A stretch of DNA of 64,000 bases from Macrostomum hystrix (taxonomy: Eukaryota; Animalia; Platyhelminthes). The stretch spans positions 24,924,001 to 24,988,000 of the forward strand of contig CATNEN010000001.1 in assembly GCA_950097015.1 (NCBI GenBank), read 5' to 3'. Positions 12,284-25,000 of this stretch are shown piece after piece. Below the pieces are notes generated by a model. That model worked only from the letters and a program-made list of their open reading frames with translations. It was not told the origin of the DNA and did no database searches. The position numbers were made by a program, and so were the translations under genes. Numbering within the stretch: the first letter of the stretch is position 1; every line of letters starts with the position of its first letter.

Positions 12284-12623
12284 ACTCGCCGATTGGCTGC
12301 AGCTCAGTGTTCATTTACTATCACTCGCTGATTGGCTGCAGCTCAGTGTTCATTTACTATCACTCGCTGATTGGCTGCAGCTCAGTGTTTGTTTACTATC
12401 ACTCGCCGATTGGCTGCAGCTCAGTGTTTGTTTACTATCACTCGCCGATTGGCTGCAGCTCAGTGTTTGTTTACTATCACTCGCTGATTGGCTGCAGCTC
12501 AGTGTTCATTTACTATCACTCGCTGATTGGCTGCAGCTCAGTGTTCATTTACTATTACTCGCTGATTGGCTGCAGCTCAGTGTTCATTTACTATCACTCG
12601 CTGATTGGCTGCAGCTCAGTGTT
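12284..12623. repeat. 39-bp tandem repeat, about 9 copies, each containing GATTGG (CCAAT box on the minus strand)
   Basis: (actcgctgattggctgcagctcagtgttcatttactatc)n directly visible. Confidence 0.95.
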
Positions 12624-14229
12624 TTGTTGTTCCTCTTATCGCCTTTTGTGGGTGGCCACTGCAGCAAGTCAATTCTAAGAAAGTTATAAAAACAAAAATT
12701 TTTTTTTAAACAAAAAAACTATAAATAAAGTTACACATTAAATGAACCAATTTTTCAAAAACTGGTGCAATCAGTTCGTGAATAAATCGAAAAATAGCTT
12801 GTCGGATACAAGGTATTTGTATGCGAGCGGCTCATGGCAAACATCACCACAATATACTTGTATGAACCAAGCAAGTCAGCAATGTCCGTCAAGTAAGGGT
12901 AGGCATTGCTCAGTGTTTGGGCGCTAGTCCAGCTACGCAGAGGGCAGTGCTTTGTCAGGCAGTTGAATAAACATTCTAATTATTTGAAACAAAACAGCAC
13001 AACGCGATAATCAATCCTAAGTTTGCCCTGAATTTTCTAGAAAGATTCTAGGAATACATAAAATACAAAGGAATTTTCTAGGGAAAGATAGCAGGTCGCG
13101 TGGTTGGTGGTAAAACAATTTTAGAAGATCGCTACAACAGAATAATACGATTGACTCGAACATTTCCAATTACAACTTGTAAATCTAACCATGCTACTGA
13201 ACAGAGTCCGTATTAGTAGTGTGATGCGCATTTGATTGTAAAATATAATTCAATCTGGGAATGAGCGCTTCAGTCAGTAAATCACAAATTCAGTTTGTCA
13301 GCTTTATCTGACCAATAGCGAATAATAAACTTTCCAGGCAATTTCTATCACAGTGCCTAATATGCTCGAAATTCAAAATATACTAGTATAAAAATATACT
13401 ATTCAATAAGTAGTATCGAATATAAATTAGCACTTTAGCAAAGTTTCGCACTGATTTATGACTCCAGTTAAGATTGATTTATAAAAGATAATCCAAATTG
13501 AAAGCAACTTGAATCGATAAAATTTCTTAATAAATATTTCTAGTATTTCTAAATAATATTAAAAGATCACTAATTTACAACAGACAGTTGCTATGCTCTA
13601 TTGGTTAACTTATGAACAGTGCATCAGTCCTATGCAAGTCTGCAGGATGAACATCAGACGGCTAAGCACACCAAAAGATAAATTAGATTATCCGACAAGA
13701 TCACGTGACCCCAGTCAGTACAGGCCGTCAGCGCTAATGCCATCTGGCGGAGAGTTACCGCCTCCCAGTAGAGCCCAAAGTCTGCTCCCCATTCTCAGCG
13801 ACTTGAACTTTTTGGCTTCTCACTGCAGGGTCCCGAAAGGAAAGACTGCGCCAACAGCTCTGTTGCAGGCACTGCGGGCTGTGCTTATAACTCCAATTTG
13901 CCTGCCAAGCCAATGGCTGTGGGGTCATTGATCTGGCCGCCAATACAGGATTAACGAAGCTGCATATTGAGAGAGGACGGCCCAGTTTGGGACTTCAAGC
14001 TGAAGGGGATCTTGAGAGCTGGAACAAAATCCCACTCGGGTTTGTTTCCCCCATCGGCTAGGCCCAAGAGCCAAAACTAGCTTAGCGAAGAAATTTAGCT
14101 GCTTGCGGATCTGATGTCTTGACTTACACACACCCAACAAAAGCAGAGGGGAACCAAAATGAGGCTGGTTAGCACGGGAGAAAAACTATTTGGAGCTCCC
14201 GACAATTCCCTTGCCAGTCGAAAGCTGAT

Positions 14230-16190
14230 TTACAGTTTCACAGTCGACGAAGCTTTGCAAAATCGTCTTAACTCGAACTGGACTCGAACCCTCGACCGCC
14301 AGGTGACGGTCGCTCGACGTAGCGCCTCCGCCCAGGTGGCCGACGTTCCAGAACCTGCTACAGACGCTGCTGCTGGAGCTGCCGCAGATTCCTCGGAATC
14401 TTCGTCGCAGCCTTCGTCAACAATTCTGAACGGTTTCAGCAGGCTGCAGTTGAAGTAGCGCGCGATGTCACCCGCCTTGGATTTGGCGTTGGCCACGGCC
14501 AGCAGGGAGGCCTCCCGCCTGACAACGGGGGCAACAGCTGCGTTAGTGGGGAACAGAAGGAGAGAAGTAGGGAGAGAAGTATGGAGAGAAGTAGGGAGAG
14601 AAGTAGGGAGAGAAGCAGGCAGAGAGAGAAGTAGGGAGAGAAGCAGGCAGAGAGAGAAGTAGGGAGAGAAGCAGGCAGAGAGAGAAGTAGGTAGAGAGAA
14701 GGGGTGAGTGGCAGATCTTTTAACGCGTTTGCCTCTCGCACCAATGTCCCTGAGCTCGATTCCGCAGCGAGGCCACAGTCGTTAGGGTCGCAGCCGCGGA
14801 GAGAAGGCTGGGGGCTTGTCGTGCAATTTACGCCCTTGAGGGCCAACCTCCAAGGCACAGTGAGAGTGTACACTGCCTGCTCGATGAGAATCTGTGTGCG
14901 TGTGTGCTCAGGAGTCAGCGAAACGGGCAGAATTGCCTCCTCGCTGGCTGCGGGTCTAGTGTCACCAAAGGATGTGCCATTGCGTGCAGCCCTCATTTAA
15001 ATATTACTATTATTATTATTACTTCTACTATTATTATTATTATAGATAAGGAGAGAGAAGTAGGTAAACAGAAAACTTTTTTAACGGAAATCCGTAAAAT
15101 TAGTTAAATATGTGGCTTTCATTCTGGAATAACTACACAGAAAAGTACATGTACGTAGTCGCGCCCCTCTGGTCTGAAATGAAAACAAGTTGGTCTACAT
15201 CTGAATTAGCTGCAAAATTTTGCCAATAATCGATTCCAGGCAGAAAGTATCGACAAAATAACTTTCTCCCATCCCAGCAGTTGGAATCGATGGCTTAGCC
15301 GCAGCAGGCATATGCTCAAGCCTACAGAGTGTGATGGCGCAGATGGTTGAGGCGATGGCAGCAGTGCAGACTCTCCAGAGACCCGCATTAGCTAGGAAAC
15401 TCGCTTATATACTAAGTTTGCAACTGAATCTATTCAGAATACAGGACTCATAAACGCTAAACTGAAATGCTACTTGAGTAGGAAGATAAAAACAGAAAGA
15501 AGCAAATAAGAAATGCTTTTTCATTCGATGGCTTTTGTGCGGAGCGCAGGTTTAACCATAGACATACACCCTGTGTGAGTTTATTGTGCTCAGGTGTTAG
15601 CGGAGTAGGTAAAATTGCCAACTCACTAGCTGCGGGTCGACTAAGGCCAAATTATGCCACAGTGGGTGCCACAGCCCCTGAGAAAATTGTTTTGCAACAC
15701 CAGCTCACCTGACAGCTTCGCGCCGTTGCACGGTGGCAACAAAACTCGGCTGCGAGATGCTGACGGCGGAGTCCAGCTTCTCGGCTACCTGGTTGCAGAC
15801 CTTCTCGAAGACGGCAAAGTCTGAGAACACCACCGACACTGTGATGGCTAGGGTGAGCGACTGTTGACTCTGGCGAGTCACCTCGCGGTTGCTCCTCACG
15901 CAGTTGTCCTGTGGGTGCAGGGCTAATTTCGAGTACTGGACGCCACGGGTAATGAATAAATTGCGAATCAGAGCGGACACCACCCGAGTCCTCACCTTGA
16001 CATGCGAGTTGCCAAGCAGCTGAAGCAGATAATTGAACCGCTTCATGGCGCTGGCGTTGGCTTCCTCGACTGTCTCCTTGCTGGAGCGGATGACGAAGGA
16101 CACGGAGCACTGGTCTGGCACAAGGGGCACCTCGCCAACGCCCAGCACTTCCACCGTCTTTCGCCTCTGCTGCTGCTGATTGTCTTCCAT
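14230..16190 (-). CDS. IRAK1BP1: IRAK1-binding protein 1 / SIMPL-domain protein. Exons 16190-15996, 15908-15709, 14518-14230
   Basis: VEVLGVGEV...PDQCSVSFVIRSSKE, FSDFAVFEKVCNQVAEKLDSAVSISQPSF and RREASLLAVANAKSKA match the SIMPL/IRAK1BP1 pattern. Splice phases are consistent. Confidence 0.85.
14555..14700. repeat. Purine-rich (gagagaagtagg/gagagaagcaggca)n repeat in IRAK1BP1 intron 2, pyrimidine-rich on the sense strand just upstream of the acceptor
   Basis: Directly visible. Confidence 0.85.
14701..15043 (+). mobile_element. tRNA-derived SINE family 1 (reference copy, with an internal deletion)
   Basis: A-box-like TGGCAGA (TGGCAGAGCGG in the 44328 copy), B-box-like GCTCGATTCC, a conserved body and a (TTA)n tail. 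About 10 diverged copies occur in the window on both strands. Confidence 0.82.
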
Positions 16191-18794
16191 TAGTGGAAGA
16201 GTGCAACTCAGTCCACAGAAGCTGATTGCCAGCTGGCGGACTCAGAGGTTTGTGCCAGGAAGCATGACCTAGAAAGAATGAATTTTTTTATTATCTAAAG
16301 TATAGAGGGGTCTAAAATACTTTTAACATTAATTCACTGACTCTTGAATATACTTTTATAGTACTATTTGAATGTAGAAGTAAATATATACTAATATAAT
16401 ATACAAATATAAATATAACTAAATATGGAGGAACTAATAATATAATAAATATATGTGATGGCTTAATATATTAGATTTATTCCATACCTATCTCTACAAA
16501 TTCATAAATATACTAGATAGTTAATGAATCAGAACCCATGCTGAACAAAATGATGTATAAAAAATAATCATGTACAAATTGAAATAATAAGTTGCCAGGT
16601 TATCAAACATTTAGACAAAAAATGTAAATTAAATCATATATCATGTTTTTTAAACTAATTCAGTACTAGAATTCAGTTCAAACGATTTCTAGACTTTACT
16701 TATCATAAATATAAACATTATTTACAACATAAAGCTTCTTGAATTTCAGAAAAAAGCTGTTGCTAAATTGATTATTTAGAAACTTGAAGAATCACTTTTG
16801 CGATTTCCTTTTCTATATCAGGCAATAATTCATCGTAACAAAAGTTCTCTGCTCTCCTAAATTAAACTAGACAACAGAATATTTCAAAACTTAATAAGCT
16901 AATAATCAGATTAATTAATTAATAATGAAAAGAGCCAAACAAACATGGTCATGATTTCGAAAAAACTATATATAACTATTTGATGCAGTTATATATAAAA
17001 TATTAAAAAGAAAAACATCTATAAATAAATTAATAGTTTAAACTTAATTCATGGCAAAAAAATCTCTGCTTCCAAATGGATACTTGCTTCGATTTTTTTC
17101 ACCAAAAGAAATTAAATGTAAATGCTTGCATTCAACTCAGTGATTCAATTGAATCAATTTAAACATGCATAATATATTTTTATTGACTCTCTGGTTAAGT
17201 ATAGAAAATTGAAATAGAAAAAATAGTCTTTGATTATACTTGTAACGATTTTAACCCACTGATATGATTCTTGTTAAATTACGTCCGAACAAATACATGA
17301 TAATACAAAGCAGGAATTTTGCCTTACAATAATAGTTAACGATTAAAAACAGAAACTTAAACTATTATGATAACTCATTAATCCTTGCTCTTTAGTTTAA
17401 ATCACTTTAGGAGTAATCCAGGTTGAAAAATACTTAAAAAACTAAATTTTGCTTTTGAAAGCATCCTTTAATAATAGTGCATCTTGCACTTTTCAGGCAA
17501 CTTGTTTTAACTCTTGAACCGGATTGTTTTACGTATTTTCAGCGAAGCTGGTTTCCGCGATGTTCCGCGAGAAATTCGGATTCGTTGTTCTTTTTCGAGA
17601 TAAACTTTCTGTCGTCTTTTATTATCTTTCGAGATTTCCTAAATGTTAGATTTATATCTTAATATCCTTAGGGACCCGCGCGGATAGAAGAGTCAGATTG
17701 TTAAACGTTGAGACTTATTTGTTTTTTTTCAACAGATGTACGAGTAAATATATTTATTGCACTAATACAGATAAACCAGATTTACAAAAAGTGCCAGCCG
17801 CAGCTATTGTGTCGCTCTTCAATTTGCCTGCGTCTGCTGCAGTGGACTGGGAGTCTCGAAGTTTGGGCTCAAAAAATTCGAACGTTTTGACCCTTTTCAG
17901 ATCGATTTCCACGACGCTTTAACCCTTACTAAGCTCCCCCTTTCTTACAGACGCAATAGATTATATACTAATACAATAGCTTTAGTATAATTCTGAAACT
18001 ATGAATATTTTGTTTTCAGTGAACAGTTTCCTAAGCAATCACTGAATGAATCATATGAACCAAATGACGGAAACAGATTTTGCAACACTTAGCTATATTT
18101 TCTTAGGAACCTGGCATGGGCATAGTCACAGCTGAGAACGCTGTGTGAGCTTACCGACTAAGGGAAATTGCAGAAATAGCCATGCGTATCAAATGTCAAA
18201 TGCAATGTCAAATGCAATCTTGAATTCACAATCACGCTACAGCATGCACCTATAATATGGCTGCAAGTGCAGTGATTGCTGCAGTGCAGGAAACCGTCGC
18301 TACAAGGCATTCTCAAATGCTTATTCAACAAACTCACAGCAGAGACAGGCATGCAGCTGCTAACCATTTCATGTGCTGCTTTTTTATTTCGTTTAGTGAA
18401 AAAATCTGAGAGCAGCATTATTTAAAAAAAATGCCATCGCATACAATTTCCTCTGCCCCATGTGAAATTTAGATAAATTTTTAACAGCCCGCATGGCTGG
18501 CAAAAAGGTTTAAAGTGCACGTGTTCTCTAAAATCAGTCCATTTTCACAATGAATACTGCTATTCAGCATTTGATCAGCTATCATTTTTGCAAATTTCTT
18601 CCGTGCATGCACGGCTAATTCCATCATGGCGAGAATTCCGATTGTCACGAAAAATAAAGTGCAAAGTCTTACTTAAAATAAGCAGAAAATCTTTTAACCT
18701 GCCTGTTTTAGCTATTGGGCTGTTACTAACAGTAGAAAGACGACCTATTTTCCCCGGTATTTCAAACCGGGGAAATAAATATTTATAGGGATAA

Positions 18795-19022
18795 ATATTT
18801 TCTGTCCTTTACGTTACGACGAAACAAAATTTCAAAGTCGTCCAACGTCAGCACCGTCGAGATATTCAGGGATTCCTGACGAAGACCATTGTGACAAGGA
18901 CGACCTGCAGCTCTTTAGCGAGTCCATATTGGTTCGGTCGTATAGTGACATTTTATGAGCAGAAAAATAGGCCTATATCGGTGGATTTTGCCACGAGACA
19001 CCACGACGATAACCGTTGAATT
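18795..19022. mobile_element. Diverged copy of the inverted-repeat MITE-like family
   Basis: gtcgagatattcagggattc...gtgacaagga...acaccacgacga collinear with 59225-59590. Confidence 0.55.
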
Positions 19023-19036
19023 CCAATGTTTCTGTC

Positions 19037-19171
<135 letters not shown>

Positions 19172-20067
19172 CTTCACCTGAAATTCAGATATTTTTTAGC
19201 TTTCTAATGAAACAAAGACTTTTAAAATCGGATACACGAAACAGAAGTTAATAGTGATTTTCTTCAAGCAGTGTGGGATATGTATCTCCGGTATCTATAA
19301 GCATCTCGCTCAACTCTACAATGCTTAGCTCAGTCAGAGAATATTCGTGTTCAATTATAATAATTCAGCAACCGTCATTCGCATTGCCAAAATAACAAGA
19401 TAAAACAAACTCGAGCTGATATGAAAAGGATTGGGAGCACTTGACATAAAGAAGCACAAGCGGGTTTCTCATTTCGCGGAAATATCGAATGCACCGAAGT
19501 GAGCCACGCGGCTGGACGATCCCCAGCAAAAATATCCCTTAGCGTGAGGAGCCAGGTCGCGAACCAATTCCATTTTTCTCGAATAGAAAAAAAATGAAAA
19601 AATTCTGTTCAGAATTCCAACCTGTCTCGCGGGAGTCGAGACAAGGCGGCCGAATTATTTTCCGAGTTCCCCAGGAAGAGGAAGTCTGCTTGGAGACTAT
19701 CCTTCGCATTGATCCCCAGCAATTGAGGATTTCAATTCAATTCTTTTTTGCCGAGTGCAGAAGCTGCCCTCAGCGAATCAGAAAGCTAGGCTGGGGCTGG
19801 ATCATGAGAACTGTCCAATCAGCTTTCACTTGCCTGATAAATGCTCACAGACTGTCAGGGATTCACACTTGACAGTCTGAATTAAAAAGCATTTTTATGA
19901 AAGTGAATTGCAAATCAATACAGCCGTTTTAATTCCCATTTCGCATTCTCACATTTCAGAGAAAACAAAAGCAACGACTTCAGCAAATTGCCGAAAAATA
20001 TGTGAGTTTCAGACAATAGTCTGCTGTGATTCATTCTAAATTTTAGAATGTATTGATAATCTGTTTG

Positions 20068-20465
20068 GGAACAGGCGAGACAGGACTGTAATTGTAGCTC
20101 GTATTAGAACAGGTGAGACAGGACTGTGAATGTAGCTCGTATTAGAACAGGTGAGACAGGACTGTGTCTGTATTAGAACAGGTGAGACAGGACTGTGTCT
20201 GCATTAGAACAGGTGAGACAGGACTGTGTCTGTATTAGAACAGGTGAGACAGGACTGTGTCTGCATTAGAACAGGTGAGACAGGACTGTGTCTGTATTAG
20301 AACAGGTGAGACAGGACTGTGTCTGCATTAGAACAGGTGAGACAGGACTGTGTCTGCATTAGAACAGGTGAGACAGGACTGTGTCTGCATTAGAAAAGGT
20401 GAGGCAGGACAGTCTCCCATAGAACAGGTGAGACAGGACAGTCTCCCATAGAACAAATGAGACAG
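20068..20465. repeat. About 31-bp tandem repeat (attagaacaggtgagacaggactgtgtctgt/c)n
   Basis: Directly visible. Confidence 0.93.
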
Positions 20466-21088
20466 AAGTCTTGATCAAAGGACAAACAAAATTCTTCAAA
20501 GACTCGAGTCACTATTTCAGCTCACTATTTCAGCTCACTATTTCAGCTCACTATTTCAGCTTGATCAGTGAGCAGTCCATTGTGAATTGCGAGTCAAGTT
20601 CAATTTGCATTCTATCAAAACTCCAATATTCTCTGATCCATTGTTCGGAGACAAAAGCAAAACGACTGCCGTTATAAAATTAAGTGATTCTTTCAGAAAA
20701 AAATTGGAGCGTGATTATCACAATGCAAGAGAAATTTATTTTCCTCTTCCTCTTTTCATGATTCTGAGTGTTCATTGTGACGAATTCTTTGAATGGGCTG
20801 TGAATTTTGAGGCAGTTTTGCATTGAGGATTATTCAAAGCATTGCGAGCCACAATATTTACCATGACAACTATGACAAGCAGCACTTTAGCTGCTTCAGT
20901 TCACCCAGCTGAAAAATGGGTACCAGCATCAGCTGCGGTAATTAAGGGTGGTCCTACACCCAGTCCATGGACTGAACAGCCGTACGCAGCCTTCAGATGC
21001 GCAGCGCAGTACATTAGCTGCGGCTGTGCTGTCGGCTGCACATCTGACCCAATTAAGGCAGGTGATTAAAATATATCCCCAAATCGCT

Positions 21089-21418
21089 CCCATCTCTAAC
21101 CCTGTACTCTCCCATCTCTAACCCTGTACTCTCCCATCTCTAACCCTGTACTCTCCCATCTCTAACCCTGTACTCTCCCATCTCTAACCCTGTACTCTCC
21201 CATCTCTAACCCTGTACTCTCCCATCTCTAACCCTGTACTCTCCCATCTCTAACCCTGTACTCTCCCATCTCTAACCCTGTACTCTCCCATCTCTAACCC
21301 TGTACTCTCCCATCTCTAACCCTGTACTCTCCCATCTCTAACCCTGTACTCTCCCATCTCTAACCCTGTACTCTCCCATCTCTAACCCTGTACTCTCCCA
21401 TCTCTAACCCTGTACTCT
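21089..21418. repeat. 22-bp perfect tandem repeat (cccatctctaaccctgtactct)n, about 15 copies
   Basis: Directly visible. Confidence 0.97.
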
Positions 21419-22045
21419 TTCCAATTTCCACTCACTACAGGCCAGACTCACCTGTCTGTAAGACACAGCTAAGACAATTGCAGCGGCTACCCATGTCTAC
21501 AAGGCCAATCTCACCTGATTTTGAAGTCCACCTGAATTTTACCAGCTTCAAATAGATTTACCGCCCCAAACACTAGGACTGAAAACTGCTTACTGTAGCT
21601 TCCCAAACACACTGCTGTTGCTGCTGCTACTGCTGCTGCTGAGCAGTGTACTCAAAACTCAAACACAAACTGCAACGGGGCGTTTTGGCAGAAAAAAATT
21701 CAAAATCCCTCACCTACATTACAAGAGATGCTTGAGTGAGATGCATGTACAATTGTGAGTTGAGCAGGGACAGGAGAACGGTTAGAAGGCTGAGTAGCTT
21801 CAAACAACAGAAGGCATGCAGGGGCAGCCGAGAGAGAGAAAGGCAGACAGGGCTAGCCAGACGCAGCTTCCGCAGAGCCGTGATGCTCTTTTGTCTTGGC
21901 CAACGCTTTTCAATTGTCATCCATCGCCGTTTGACAGGGAGAAATCATTTGATGAGTCCCTCAAGCAGACATTTCCACATTTCAGAAGTCGCACCTCGAC
22001 CAGATTGCTTGGGACACAGAAAATTGATTAACTTCGTCAGGAAGC

Positions 22046-25000
22046 ATGGAGCCGTTTCTTACAGAGGAGGAGTTCAAAGGTGAGTAAAATAGTGACATGG
22101 GATTAACTTGTTGGCTCTGTCCATGGGGTAATGGCATTTGAAATGGTGCATGCATAAAGGTAATGGCATATAATGACACTTGTCCTGACAAAATGGCACT
22201 TGTCCTGACAAAATGGCACTTGTCCTGACAAAATGGCACTTGTCCTGACAAAATGGCACTTGTCCTGACAAAATGGCACTTGTCCTGACAAAATGGCACT
22301 TGTCCTAATAAAATGACACTCGTCCTGACAAAATGGCACTTGTCCTGATAAAATGGCACTTGTCCTGACAAAATGGCACTTGTCCTGACAAAATGGCACT
22401 TGTCCTAATAAAATGGCACTTGTCCTGACAAAATGGCACTTGTCCTAATAAAATGACACTCGTCCTGACAAAATGGCACTTGTCCTAATAAAATGACACT
22501 CGTCCTGACAAAATGGCACTTGTCCTAATTAAATGACACTCGTCCTGACAAAGTGGCACTCGTGCTGACAAAGTGGCACTTGTCCAAATAAAATGACACT
22601 CGTCCTAATAAAATGGCACTTGTCCTAATAAAATGGCACTTGTCCTAATAAAATGGCACTTTTCCTAATAAAATGGCACTTGTCCTAATCAAATGACACT
22701 CGTCCTGATAAAATGGCACTTGTCCTAATAAAATGGCACTTGTCCTGACAAAATGGCACTTGTCCTAATTAAATGACACTCGTCCTAATAAAATGGCACT
22801 TGTCCAAATAAAATGACTCTCGTCCTGGCATTTCTTCAAATAAAATGGCCCTTGTCCAACAAAATAGCACTTACCCAAAAATAGCACTTACCCTAAAAAC
22901 GTGGCATTTACTCTAATAGAATGTATTTTTCCTGCAAACAATCTATGATTGCAATCAGCTGTCAATTTTATATTTACGAGCTAGAAGCGCAACTTTAATT
23001 TCTCCAGAGCTTCCTCAAACAAACAAAATTCATGATGAAATGTTTGAGAACAAAATGAACTTTACTACAGAAATGCGCGATGCCTTCAGCATCTTCGACC
23101 AGAACAACTCCGGCTTCATCGAGAGCTACGAGCTGCGCAATGTGCTGCAGGCCATGGGACAGAATCCCACTCAGAAGGAGGTGGACAGCATTATTCAGGA
23201 GGCCGACGTTATCGGTAAGTGCCTTCGAGGAACTGACATTCTCCCAGTGCTTCAATGACATTCTCCCAGTGCTTCAATGACATTCTCCCAGTGCTTCAAT
23301 GACATCCTCCCAGTGCTTCAATGACATTCTCCCAGTGCTTCAATGACATTCTCCCAGTGCTTCAATGACATCCTCCCAGTGCTTCAATGACATCCTCCCA
23401 GTGCTTCAATGACATTCTCCCAGTGCTTCAATGAAATTCTCCCAGTGCTTCAATGACATCCTCCCAGTGCTTCAATGACATTCTCCCAGTGCTTCAATGA
23501 AATTCTCCCAGTGCTTCAATGACATTCTCCCAGTGCTTCAATGACATTCTCCCAGTGCTTCAATGACATCCTCCCAGTGCTTCAATGACATTCTCCCAGT
23601 GCTTCAATGACATTCTCCCAGTGCTTCAATGACATCCTCCCAGTGCTTCAATGACATTCTCCCAGTGCTTCAATGACATTCTCCCAGTGCTTCAATGACA
23701 TCCTCCCAGTGCTTCAATGACATCCTCCCAGTGCTTCAATGACATTCTCCCAGTGCTTCAATGAAATTCTCCCAGTGCTTCAATGACATTCTCCCAGTGC
23801 TTCAATGACATTCTCCCAGTGCTTCAATGACATCCTCCCAGTGCTTCAATGACATTCTCCCAGTGCTTCAATGACATCCTCCCAGTGCTTCAATGACATC
23901 CTCCCAGTGCTTCAATGAAATTCTCCCAGTGCTTCAATGACATCCTCCCAGTGCTTCAATGACATTCTCCCAGTGCTTCAATGACATTCTCCCAGTGCTT
24001 CAATGAAATTCTCCCAGTGCTTCAATGACATTCTCCCAGTGCTTCAATGACATTCTCCCAGTGCTTCAATGACATCCTCCCAGTGCTTCAATGACATTCT
24101 CCCAGTGCTTCAATGACATTCTCCCAGTGCTTCAATGAAATTCTCCCAGTGCTTCAATGACATTCTCCCAGTGCTTCAATGACATTCTCCCAGTGCTTCA
24201 AGGACATTGCATATAAGCTGTGACAAAAATATATGCGACAAATAATTTCAGTTCGGGACGGAAAGATTGACTTCGAAGAATTTGCCAGAATTATGAAGAA
24301 CTATGTGTTTAAAACTTCCACGGATGTTGACAACGAACTCATCACCGCTTTTCAGGTGAGAAACCAAAGGAAATACTGTGTGCTTGCAGCACCTTAAATA
24401 GGCAGCAAGAGAGAGGAGAGAGAAGAGGAGACCCGCTGCCAGTGAGGAGACAATTCTGCCCATTTCGCTGACTCCTGAGCACACACTCACACAGGTGTGT
24501 ACATCTGCCCTGACTTTCTCATCGTCAGGCAGTGTACACTCTCACTGTGCCTTGGAGTTTGGCCCTTAATTGCGTAAATTGCACGACAAGCCCCCAAGCC
24601 TTCTCTCCGCGGCTGCGACCCTAACGACTGTGGCCTCGCTGCGGAATCGAGCTCAGGGACCTTGGTGCGAGAGGCTAACGCGTTAACCTCTCTGCCACTA
24701 AAGAAATGAATGGCACAGTATTGCGATGTTGACTATTATAGGGTTCATCCAAGCGCTAGGCCAGTAAAATGCAACCTATAGCTGAAATACTAAGATAATA
24801 CTTTTACCTAGTTCTAAAAGTACATGAACGCACAATTACTGCGCTTCCGTTGCCAGGTATTCGACCGTGACAAGAACGGCTATATCAGTCGGCAAGAGCT
24901 CGAGTACGTGCTCAAGTCGATTGGCGAGCAGCTTACTAGCGAAGAGATTGACGAGTTATTCCGCTGCGCCGACGCCAATGAGGATGGCCGAATCAGTTAC

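Noticed and set aside
21089-21418. CTAACCCT within the 22-mer suggested interstitial telomeric repeat
   Set aside because: Only one telomere-like unit per 22 bp, not a (TTAGGG)n tract.
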